From Psilocybe cubensis (Eukaryota), in the NCBI GenBank assembly GCA_017499595.2, contig CM038998.1:1674001-1738000 (forward strand): a stretch of DNA of 64,000 nucleotides, read 5' to 3'. Below, one piece after another: positions 1-12,885 of this stretch (position 1 is the first letter of the stretch; each line of letters begins with the position of its first letter). The position numbers and the translations under genes were made by a program. The notes under the pieces are model-generated. The model searched no databases. It was given only the letters and a program-made list of their open reading frames with translations, and was not told the DNA's origin.

Positions 1-896
1 GGAGAAACAGCCCCTGAGATTCGATCCAGAAGGTTTAGCACCTTGTGAGAGAGACTGATTATGTGGACATGTAAGATGCAAAGCAAAGGCGTACTTTTTC
101 GAAGAATTCCCCTGTCTCTTCTTCCAAACCAGGGAGTAAGGAAAGAATGAAAGACTTCATTATAGGTCGCAAGCCTCCCTGTAGTGGAAGATAGTAGGTA
201 TCGTATATATTGAGAAGGGTCGGCTAAGATACGACATTTTAGTATAGTTTTGAAAACCATGTTCGAACGTTACCTTTACAGACGTTGCCGCATATTCAAA
301 AAATGGAAACAGACCAGAAGACCAAAGTGACAAGTCGCGCTTAAGACTTTCAGCCTATAATCTTAATTAACAGTGCTGTGGTGATATGATCATACGAATA
401 GGAACTTACACCCGATACAGCCAATATATGCACATAAACTTCCAGAGTAAGTTGATGGACGCCAGTTGGTAGAGCTGGGTTAAGACACTGTGCTAGACGC
501 TTCGCGACGATCAATTTCCGAGGAATTTCTTTGAATTGCATATATGATTGGAATGTCTTTACTGCACATCTTAGTTTAATCATTGTTGTGCACGATAAGT
601 TGCTCACCTTTAGAAGTTGCTTAAGAAACTTGATGAAGTCTGCCCACTCTTTGACGTCGTCAAACGAATTGAGGCACCGTTCAACTTGTTGTACATATTT
701 CTTGTATTTGGGATCAGATGCATATGTTTGAAGCGCTATAGCTTAAAACAGAGTGGTGGATTAGTATTGGTTGCAAAGCGATAAGATCTTGTTCTTTACT
801 GCGTTCACTGGTCTTCGCGGACACCCAGCTAGATCCTTGCTTGGGTACTTGGCCGGAACCTTCAACACCAGACACAGACGGAATTATTGTAGACAT
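1..896 (-). CDS. DOP1: Dopey/DOP1 family protein, 5' part (continues off the left edge); multi-exon
   Basis: Spliced exons read YASDPKYKKYVQQVERCLNSFDDVKEWADFIKFLKQLLK / TFQSY...KRLAQCLNPALPTGVHQLTLEVY / DLSLWSSGLFPFFEYAATSVK, the Dopey N-terminal domain. GT-AG introns; ATG at 896. Confidence 0.92.
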
Positions 897-1318
897 AGTA
901 GCTCAGTTAACTGATGCGTGTTATGTGCAGGGAAGGATTAGGTGGTGGTAGAGTACATCGACTCAGAACTAGACTGGTCAAGGCTAAGTCACTAAATCAC
1001 GACTGACGCGACTGTATGCTAACTTGCAACACCGAAGTCACGAGCGTGACACCGTCGCAGTCCCCCGTCCCCGTCTGGCAGTGTCCGCCATTTGGTTCGC
1101 AGGAGCTGGCACTGTAAAGGTTTGTATGATACGTAAAAATTCAAAAAATTATATTACACATAATACATGGTATAGTGACAATATCGCAAGCTATTAAGGC
1201 AACCCAAGTTAATCTCAATAAATAAAATTAACGAGAAGCTGGGTTTGCCAGACCGGATGTGAGTGAAGGGACGGCGAGTGCTAAGCGATGGAGTATAGAA
1301 ATAACTGAAGACCGAACA

Positions 1319-2795
1319 CTATGTGTCATGAGCGGGAGCCAAGTCGGAGTCGCCTCCTTCTGAAGAAGGTGCAAGCTGAAGAATGCGCATTTTTGTCGGC
1401 GCTCGTACTGTACTAGTAATTGGGATGCTTTGCGGTTCCGGGACGACGGAAGTCGCGCGAGATGCATTGGCAGAGGTTACAGTTGAACCAGATTTAGAAG
1501 AAACTTTCAACTTGTTCAAAGCCTTGCCAGGAACTGGGGCAGAGATGGACACTGATGACAGTTTCGGGATAGCGACTGTGTTGGCCTTCTCGTCTCCTCC
1601 TATTTTTGCTTGGTTCGTAGCAGCGACATGAGCGGAGTATTCAGACTCTTTGCAACCAACCCAGGAACGAGTAACCCAGTGGCCACCAGCAATGCCACGT
1701 ATTTCCCGGTTGGCCTCGCGCCAGTGCCTCACCTTCTTGTTACTTCTGTCAAGAGGTATCAGCGGCGCAAAGCCAGTTACTATTTTCTGCGGAGGTTGAA
1801 CAGGGAAGGGTTTTGTTGGTAAAGGGTATACAGGAATCGGCACGTTTTCAAGGTTCGGTTCCTCAATCAAGGGGGCAGATGCAGCATTGGGAGAGCTTGG
1901 AGCAATGTTTTCCGGTTCCGGAGAATTTTGCTCGAACTGAGCGGTGACAGGTGACGAGGCTGCTGTTCCGGCGTAACCTGAGGAACAATGTTCGATTCAA
2001 GTCTCAGAAAAATGGAAAAAAGACACACTTTCACTAAGCACCGCCGTGTCTTCGATGAGCAGGGGTGGAATTGCAGATTTTTGCCTGTCGAATAGTATTG
2101 AGGTAGACGTAAAAGCAATACATCAAACAAACGCACTTTGCCACTTTGGCCTTTGGCCGCGGGACAGTGGGAGGCTTGCGAGGGGAGGCCTTCTTCTTTG
2201 CCTTCGGAACAGAAGACTCGCCGCCGGGATGATTGGTCGGTGAGCTGTTTACGATTTCTATATCCTCGTGAGATTCCGCCAAATTTGCTTTAAAGCAGGA
2301 CATGGTTGGCGCAAGATTGTGCGCACCCGTTGGTTGAGAACCCTTCTCTTTTACCTTCTTTTCTCCCTCCGTCGTTTTCTTGTCGCTTTTGCGGGCCTTT
2401 TTCTTCACAGAAAGCTTGCGTTTTGAAGTGCTTTCCGTCGAACGTCCTGGTTGCGATGAGGGCGACGGCTTGGCCAATTCGTCATCGTCATCATCAATGA
2501 GCTCGTCGATGAGTTCCTCGTCTTCTTCTTCTTCGTTGCTCTCTTTCTTTTTCTTAGTGCCACTCCACGGCTCAGTCGACGCAGGAGTAGCAGCGGGTCG
2601 TTTCCGGGGATTGATGACCAACTTTTTGGGAGGCTGGGGAGGAGGAGTCTCCTCTTCCCGTAGAGTGGATATTTGGGGAGCTTCCATATCAATATCGTCG
2701 TCCATTTCGCTTTCTGAGACTTGTTGGCGGTTGGAAAACGATGTTGTTGTTGGTTCGTAAGTCACCCACGGAGAGGCACGAAAAGATGATGACAT
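1319..2795 (-). CDS. Low-complexity nuclear protein with Ies4-like (INO80 subunit) C-terminal motif; 3 exons
   Basis: Two GT-AG introns join ORFs 2034-2909 and 1319-1870 in frame. Acidic/Lys-rich N-half. PLDRSNKKVRHW...IRGIAGGHWVTRSW resembles the fungal Ies4 LDRSGKPCRKW...W..W motif; family assignment is by eye. Confidence 0.6.
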
Positions 2796-3074
2796 GGCCA
2801 GTGTTTGCTTATATTTCGGGTTTTGAAATTTGGAGGTTTCACGAAATGCCAGCTGGCAGAGACTATCTATGGTGGAGGTTGAATGTTTGATGAGTTGCTT
2901 TGTGAGCAATTTGATATCTAACGAGATTTACATATGCTCGGAATGGTCTCCGTCAGACACACTCTTTTGGGAGCCTCCGGTGCCTCGCCATGGAGATAAT
3001 ACACTTGATTACATACATTCCAACTTTACTTGACTTGGTTTATATATTACACGCTGAGTATGGCATTGCTGAGG

Positions 3075-3599
3075 TCAGGCCAGCCTTTCTGATACGCCCT
3101 CATATCCAGCCCACTTTCCTAAATCATCTTGAATGTCGATCATCTTTGTTTCGTAGAAAATATGGGCGGTTGGTTTGATTGTCTCCCATCCAATGATTTT
3201 GCCATTTTCATCACGATCAAATTGACCCCCATAGACGCTCCATTTATTATTCTGGAGATTGTTGCTTGCTATGCAGCATCCGCAATTCTTACAACGCCAG
3301 CGTATCTTCCAGGGTTTTGTACTGACGGAATATGATTCGATAGAATTGAGGTGTGGCTCATCATGCGTCCAAGAAAAATTGGTAGAAGAGAAATGGACGC
3401 TGAGAATAAAGGCAGAAGCTTGAACAGAGTTGAGTACAGAGAACCATGAAAAGACTCAACAAAGACTCAGCACACCGTTTAACCTTTGGCACAACGTGCA
3501 ATGACAGTATGCACTGAGTATTGGTCGGCCAGTTACTTGATATCTGGCAGCCCCGCAGAAGCAGCCACCATTGATAATAGAGGAATTGGCATCAGACAT
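3075..3599 (-). CDS. GFA / Mss4-like zinc-binding protein (glutathione-dependent formaldehyde-activating family); 2 exons; absent from the ORF track
   Basis: MSDANSSIINGGCFCGAARYQVTGRPILSAYCHCTLCQRLN, one intron, then ...RWRCKNCG...KPTAHIFYETKMIDIQDDLGKWAGY. CxCG, CHCxxC and CxxCG Zn motifs are present. Confidence 0.9.
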
Positions 3600-4051
3600 A
3601 CGGAGATGATGATAGTAACTGTGTAAGATTGGTGCGAAGAAAGTTGCTTCGGTTGAAAATGGCGTCCCGTTCCGTCAGCTCGAGAAGGATGATACTACCC
3701 CGAGCTGGAGACATCCCTTGGACAGTCGTACCATCGGAAGCCGTATGTTTTTGGTCGGAAGTGCATTTCTGAATAAACAGCTAGAACCTGGAAGATGGAC
3801 TGACGCGGACTAGGTAGACGAGAGCGGGGTCTGGTTATAGCGCGACTGATTCTTTTACGTAATCAACCACCGAAATTCTCCGCACCATCCACCTCGGTCG
3901 CGTACCTAAACTCTTTCCGTTCTCCAAATCAGGTCAGTGTCAATGTTCTTTTATATGTGTGTAGCTGAGTCTATGGAAACATATAGTGTTGAGCGCTGCC
4001 TAAAATCAACCTTAAATTCCGTTTAACTGGTTGAATTACCCAGGCATCGTC

Positions 4052-4475
4052 ATGGTCTCGTCAACCGTCAACGTGTGTCCGTCTTCACGTTGCAGCAGCA
4101 TTCTGTGCTAATTCAACATCCGTTTTGCTTTTTAGGTCGTTCGCTATACCGCCCTTTTTTCGGGAATCGCCTACGGGTGGTATCACCGTCGTTCATTACA
4201 AGCCTCGCATGACCAACATAAGCTGGAAGCCGCTGCTCACAGTCGGGAAAAGCTGATTGCAGATGCCAAGGAGGCATGGAAGCGAAGGAATGAAGCCGCT
4301 GATAGCAGCTGTGAGTATTTCTTTTTCAATCTCTTGACCTGAACACGTATCACCTTCGGGTTTGCCTCATACTTGGTTCACCATTCTAATCCTTATTTCT
4401 CCAGTGATTACCGACCCAGAGGATCCTCGTTTCGATCTAGAAAAGCTGATAGCCAAATGGGAGAAGAGCACATAG
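4052..4475 (+). CDS. ATP21: Mitochondrial ATP synthase subunit e; 3 coding exons
   Basis: Spliced: MVSSTVNVVRYTALFSGIAYGWYHRRSLQ...AKEAWKRR...LITDPEDPRFDLEKLIAKWEKST*. Has the RYxAL..G..YG and DPxFDLE signatures. Confidence 0.92.
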
Positions 4476-4869
4476 ATTTATGTTTAGTTTGACAAAACTT
4501 CGCAATAGATTTTCCCAACTTCCTGAACTTTCACCGGTGTGCACTCGGGTTACCCAACTGCTCCTTAATTCCTGCTCTACATACTCTGCATACTTATTGT
4601 CGGATTATTCGATTTTCTTATTGTGCTTCAACGAGATTTGTGTGCAACATATCTTTCAAAGATGAACTCCAAATGTAAACATAAGTGCATGCATATGACC
4701 ATGCTTGAAGTTAGTCAACCGTGAGAAATAGCGCGTCGCGTCTGTGTTGCCAATTACACTACCTGACTTGCTTTCAATCCACGCAATTATCTGCACTTGT
4801 TTCCAGTGGCTTACATAGCACGGGCTCATAGTTCCCCCCTTTTTGCCATTTTCCTTCGAGTAATTAAAC

Positions 4870-6775
<1,906 letters not shown>

Positions 6776-7017
6776 ACCTTGGAGCACTCGTTATCTGGCA
6801 TACTTCCCTAGTATTAACGATTCTTGTATTCTATCTTCTTTCTCAAATGTTGTCGTTTCTAATCAACCTGCCTGATGAGAATGCAATGCTAACGTGTTTC
6901 GTTGAGAATAAATGAATAATGATAGGTGTGTTGTACAAAATCTGATGGTGGTCAAGTCTCTCCACATTCGCATCCAATTCTCAGCAAAATAATAGTAAAA
7001 GCCACACTGTTAACGAG

Positions 7018-7326
7018 TTACAAGAAGATAATCTTGATCAACTCGAAGACAACTAAACACCAAGGTCAGCCTCAGCTAAGCCATAGACGCGGTGGATGCA
7101 TACCTCCGCCGATGACTACAAACACAATAACACCCAGTGCCCATAAATTAAGGGGGCTTCGTTTTGCCAGCTTGTCCTGCCGTGACTGGTGTGTGGCCTG
7201 TTTCCCTGCGCGAACGTCATTCGCGAATTTGTTGTTTCGCTTCCTCATTTCGAATTCGGTAGGCTATTAGAACAGTTGCAGTTTGAGTCGATAATTTGAA
7301 AACGAAAAAAAAATATTGCACACCAT
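7018..7326 (-). CDS. RAMP4/SERP1 (Ysy6-like) small ER tail-anchored protein; 3 exons
   Basis: ATG, intron, PTEFEMRKRNNKFANDVRAGK...SPLNLWALGVIVFVVIGG, intron, VFELIKIIFL*. Confidence 0.88.
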
Positions 7327-7595
7327 TTTGTTAAATTAGTGGTATATTGGAAAGCTGGGTGGTATAGATTGAATGAGCGCGTCTAGGGAACACGGTGGTA
7401 TTTATACAAAATGTGAACGTGGCAGCGTTGAACTTGGCCACTTCACTGATCAATGGCTCCGGATCTGGTATGCCCGTGACTTGTTCTGTTTGGTTTTGAT
7501 AGGCGAGGCTGCCCTGATCAACCTGAGAGCCAAAATTAACTCATCTGAGCCACCGCGTCCTGGCATAAAACTCCACAAGTCTTTGCAAAGTAACA

Positions 7596-8755
7596 ATGGG
7601 AAAGGCAGGAAAAGGTCTCAAATCAGCGCTACTGTCGCAACAGTCTCGACTAAAGGCCAAACAAAAGTTATCCCACGCCGCTCAAGTTGCTGAGCAAAAG
7701 ATTTTTCGCATGACCGGGAAACAACCTCGGCGAGACGCTGCGCGGATGGACCCCACAAGAGATACCAAAGGAAAGGGGAAAGCTATTCCACAGACTCTGC
7801 GTCCCACAATTCCATTCAATCCCACAGACAAAATACTGCTCATTGGCGAAGGCAATTTTTCGTTTAGCCGTTCATTAATTCTAGACGCTCCAATCCAGTT
7901 GCAATCACTTCCCCCGAACAATGTGACAGCGACTGCATACGATTCCGAAGAGGAATGCTTCTCCAAATACCCCGAAGCAGAGGGTATCGTTTCTTTCTTG
8001 AGATCCAAAGGCGTGGAGGTCATTTTTGGTGTAGATGGAACACGTTTGGAAAAACATCCCCGGTTGAAAGGACGAAAATGGGACCGCATCGTTTTCAATT
8101 TTCCGCATGCTGGCGAGTTGAACTCACTTTTTGTTGTACTTCCGAACTCAACCTCAGAATTTTCAGGAAAGGGAATTGCGGACCAGGATAGAAATATCCT
8201 ATCAAACCAAATACTCATCCTGGGATTCTTGCGTTCGGCACCCAAAGTGCTACAAGTCGGACCAGTGCCATCTATATACACCCCTAGAAAGAAAAAGCGC
8301 GGGGACGACGATGAGGATGAGGAAATGGACCCCATCAAAGACGTTGTGGAAGAAGTTGACGAAATGGGCAATCCCATACAATTTTTCGTTCCTTCTGACA
8401 ACGTTACTACGCGCGGAACTGTACTTATCACTCTCCGGAATGTAATTCCATATACGCAATGGTCGGTAGTTGTTCAAAGACCATTTTAAATAATCGCTAA
8501 TTCTTCGACGTTAGGGATGTTCCTCGATTAGCGAAGAATCCGCCACTCGTGCAAAATGGCAGTAATACCAAACCTAATCCAAAGTATACCCTTCTTAGAT
8601 CGTTCCAGTTTCACCGGAATATCTGGAAAGGCTACGAACATAGAATGACCAAAGGTGAGAGAGCACACGGTAAAGGGACGACTGGGGATGGAGGAGAAGA
8701 CCGAACTTGGGAATTCTGTATAAAAGATGAACCCGACAAGGACTCGTATCATTAG
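7596..8755 (+). CDS. BMT5: 25S rRNA uridine-N3 methyltransferase BMT5-like (DUF2431)
   Basis: ILLIGEGNFSFS, VDGTRL, FNFPHAG/KGIADQDRN and GYEHRMTKG motifs. Introns 8113-8166 (GC-AG) and ~8462-8514. Confidence 0.9.
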
Positions 8756-8991
8756 TGTTGCATAGAAATATTATTGTACTTGGTTTTTTGAAAGTCAATA
8801 AATTTCGGCGACACTGACCTTTTGCCATGCCTCTGAGGCAACTTTGTTGAGCTGGTACCAACTTGGCATGTACTTCAGTTGAACTTTGAAGCTTGAAACT
8901 TGAAGATGCATCAGTTTTGATCTATTTGGCAAGAGCTTCTGATGACACCCCACACCCACATGTGACCGCACTTTTCTTTCTATACGCCAAA

Positions 8992-9882
8992 ATGCAGACC
9001 GTCTGCACTCAACGTCTGGGCATATGTCGATCTCGAGTACCTTCAACGACGCGTAGCTATGCCATACAGGTCAAGGCCCCAAAACCTCTACCAGGAAAAG
9101 CTGTACCACGAGTCTTCAAAGACAAGAAAGCCTTCCAGTATAACTGGTACTCAAGGATTCTCAAAGCTAATACGACTTCACCTGTGATCATCCTCCACCA
9201 TGATGATTTCACCGCAGTGAGGCTAAAGAAACTTCGGGGAGATATTGCAGTCGCCGCTCAGAAGTTCATGCCATCTACGATCTCACCAGGACCTTCATTG
9301 CTTCCTGCCACGACATCTGGGCTTCCCGAAGCGACATTAACGGTTGTGCGTACCGGAATATTCGGAGCAGCACTCAGAGATATACCAGACGTCAACATGG
9401 CTGCCGTTGAGAAAATGTTAAACAAACAGGCCGGAAAATTCGCCGTCCTCTCTCTTCCATCTCTTCATCCACCACAGCTTAATGCCATTCTCCGCGCTAT
9501 GGACCGTAGTGTGCCCCCGAAACCACCAAAAACAGAGCAGGAGATCAAACAAGAACTTGATCAGAAGAACGCCGACCCCGAACAGCCAGGCCGGAGGATG
9601 AAACGCGTGAGGCAGGTGCGGATACCTGAACTGAAAGTGATGGGGGCTATTATCGAAAACCGGGTGTTCTTGCCAAACGACATCAAGGATGTATCGCAAT
9701 TACCGGCTCTGGACACTCTCAGAGCACAAATTGTGGGACTGCTCAGCGCTCCTGCTGCCCAACTAGCTGCTGTATTGGGTGAGGCGAGTGGAGGTAGACT
9801 TGCGCGGACGTTGGAAGGATTGAAGAAAGGCTTAGAGGATGATTCTACAGAACCACCGTCAGATACTGCTCCTACGTCATAG
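8992..9882 (+). CDS. Mitochondrial ribosomal protein uL10m, single exon
   Basis: Arg/Ser-rich presequence-like N-terminus. LKKLRGDI, VVRTGIF and C-terminal VSQLPALDTLRAQIVGLLSAPA are typical of L10. Confidence 0.8.
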   Translation: MQTVCTQRLGICRSRVPSTTRSYAIQVKAPKPLPGKAVPRVFKDKKAFQYNWYSRILKANTTSPVIILHHDDFTAVRLKKLRGDIAVAAQKFMPSTISPGPSLLPATTSGLPEATLTVVRTGIFGAALRDIPDVNMAAVEKMLNKQAGKFAVLSLPSLHPPQLNAILRAMDRSVPPKPPKTEQEIKQELDQKNADPEQPGRRMKRVRQVRIPELKVMGAIIENRVFLPNDIKDVSQLPALDTLRAQIVGLLSAPAAQLAAVLGEASGGRLARTLEGLKKGLEDDSTEPPSDTAPTS

Positions 9883-10274
9883 AGATACTCTTATAATCGT
9901 GTTCATTGTGTTATGCAATGCAATTAATTCTGTGCTTTACCTTCTGAGGGCCATCCAAGAGTCTGTAACTTCTGATTAATTTCTGAGGGACAATGTATGG
10001 TGATTTAAAAAATTCTTCTCCAAGGGCAATGGACTAAGAACTCAATTCAAACCAAATTATGATTTTGCGTCTATTGTACTGAGCATTGTCTTTCTACGTT
10101 TCTCTTCAGATATTGGCTTGAGTTGATTCGCTTTTGCGCACCGCGTCCTTGTACTTACCATAATGGGCAACAGAGTGAGAGTAACAAGAGATGAACTGGA
10201 CGTCACATGTTATCGTGACACCTCCCTCTGCTCATATCCTCATTAACCTCACTCCAAAACGACCAGACAGAGAA

Positions 10275-12590
10275 ATGTTTGTCTCGTCCATCTAAATACA
10301 AAGTGATGTGCTGATACAGTGTACTAAATCTTATAGGGATGAAGATGATGAATTTCTATACGGCGAAAAGTCCCAAACCTATTCCGAACCTGCACCTGGT
10401 AAGGCGCTTCCGCTGGGCACATATGTTTCCGTTCAACTGGGGTAGTGGTGGTGGTTGGCAATGCTCGGGTATTGCTTAACTTCTTTCAATACTTCTTTCT
10501 TCTTCATGTCGTTCTTTTGTTTTGGAATAACAAGACTTTGAGCTGTTGTGCTTACCAAAACGCGCGTGAACTATTTTAGAGCCCAAATCGTGAGTCTAGT
10601 CGTTGTCTGTCGCGCAATATTTTCGTCTTTTAACAGAAATGACGATTTGTTCAGCGTTTCTACGGAGCGAGGACCAGCGCCGAATGGATTTCCTGACTTT
10701 CTTGAGAATGATGACCCGGAACCTGAAGTAAATCGCACCCTGCCGACTGGGGAACGGCAAGCAGAGGAGGAGGATGAGGATGAGGATGAAGGAGATCAAG
10801 GTGACGACAGCGATGATGTGAGTATGGCTGCATGGTGCGTACGATGTTTTGTACTTATGCGCATTTCATAGGATATCGAAATTATATTGGAGCCTGTCGC
10901 TCGGTCCCTCGACTTCCGGTAAGCGTTGGTCTCTTCAGGGCTACAGGACAGATCGCTGAAAAACATGAAAGGAACCAAAACAAATCTTCAACCACACGAA
11001 CTACTTCGTCAACACCTGCTCCAACGAAAGGTAACAATGTAGCACGTTTTACAAGTGTTCAAAAATGACCGCGATACTTCAGCACCCCAACCGTCATTGA
11101 CAACAGAATATACACCAATACAACGAGGCGGCCCTCAACCTTCAGCGACCCCTTCCCAAAATCAAGCAGATACAAGTTTCTCGGGAACTACTCTAGCTAC
11201 ACCTACACCTGTGCAAGCACAACCATCCCCAGCCACCCAGCCCCCACAACCTTCAGAACCGCAAAATGCTGCTGTCGATGACGGTGTCGATACATCTACA
11301 CTTCCCGTAGCACAGGCGCCACCGTCTCACCCTCCCATAGACCCAGACGTCACTGCTGTGTTTGATGGACGCTCTATATTAGAATTGGACCTCGGCGCTT
11401 TAGCAGACAAGCCCTGGAGACGCCCTGGCTCTGATATTAGTGATTGGTTCAATTACGGGTTCGACGAGTTGTCCTGGGAGGCTTACTGCTATCGACGCCG
11501 TGATTTGGGTGATTTGGCAAACGTGCTGAAAACAAACGTCATTGTGAGCATCTGCTGCTGCTGGGTACGATTCGCGTGTCCTTTCAACTTGTTTTCCTGC
11601 AGGGGTTTTCTGCTATGCCAGAAGACCAGCTCATTGCGCTCCCTCCGGATATCCGTACGATGGTTATGACGGGTGCGAATGCGATGATGAACAACGCTGG
11701 CGCCAACGCGAACATGATGCCTATGATGGATATGTCAATGATGGGTCCCATGGGCATGGGCATGAATGGGGAGATGGGTATGGGCAACCCAATGATGCAA
11801 GGTATGATGTCGGACGGTGGCCAAGCACAGCAGGGCGTTGGTGTCGGTGTATTGCCTACCAACGCCCCGTCGGAGCAAGTCAACGGTGTGAATATGATGC
11901 AGGATGGGTTCAATCCAAATGCCCCTGGCATGATGAACATGGGCATGGGTGGCGAATTCATGCAGGTACGTAGTATGTTTTCTAATATTGAATGCTCTAT
12001 GGGATGACAGTTTATCTGGCTTTTGTCTAGGAACAAAATCAAATGCCACAGCAGATATACCCAGTCATGGAGCAGTCAAATGTCGCGCCGGTGTCGAGTG
12101 GACGCGGAACGCCTATCCCCTTCCGTGCTCGTGGCGCACCTGGATTAGGAGGGCGTGCAAGAGGGTTCCCAGGCAGAGGACGTGGACGTGGTGGCCTCTA
12201 TGGTGGCGACGGTATGTATAGCATTCGAATGATAAACTACGTTTTATTGAATTTGCCTTGTTGTCTAGCGCCCGTTCCTGTTCCTGTACGCCCTGCGTCG
12301 CCGCTCCCTCCAGGCGTACCTACTGGACCGCGAAACCAGAACAAATACAAGGACCGCGACGGAAATGCGCCTGCTGTCGACGGGTTGGACTATGGAGGGG
12401 GCAAGGAAGGCGGCATGAGTCGGAGGACTCCAAGCGGAGAGCCCGAAGAGCGGATATCCAGCCGGTATGGATGGTTTTTTGCAAGTAATTAGTTTTCGCG
12501 CATTTGTCTGACTTTTGTTTGTTTTTGAAAAGCAGGAAACGGAGGAGTTCACCTGGCCTCGACGACATTCGGAGTTCGAAGCGTCGCTGA
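10275..12590 (+). CDS. FIP1: Pre-mRNA 3'-end processing factor Fip1; ~10 exons
   Basis: Fip1 motif DKPWRRPGSDISDWFNYGFDELSWEAYC, acidic N-terminus (M)DEDDEFLYG, Met/Gly-rich and RG-rich C-half. Stop TGA at 12588-12590. Confidence 0.93.
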
Positions 12591-12885
12591 GAGCCATTAC
12601 TTTTGAATTGTCTATTTCTATTCGATTCCTTGTACCTATATATGTGCAAAATACACTACCACCTTAATGCATGCACATCGCCAGTTCAAAAGTGGCTCAA
12701 AGAGCCATCTCATTTTTACGTTTTACAGAGTAAGAAAATCCCTCGTTATCACAAGAAAAGAGATGATCCCAATAATACTGATAGCATGAAGAGTTACGAG
12801 ATAATAAATAATTAAATTAGTAGTAAGTAGTGGAAGCAGGGGATGGATGGTGTTGAGCGTAGTGTTTGTATTTGACCATCTCTGG

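Noticed and set aside
7682-8431. 249-aa antisense ORF over BMT5 (and similar antisense ORFs over FIP1, ING, enolases, COG8 and the RS-rich gene)
   Set aside because: Shadow ORFs of real coding strands with no recognisable motifs.
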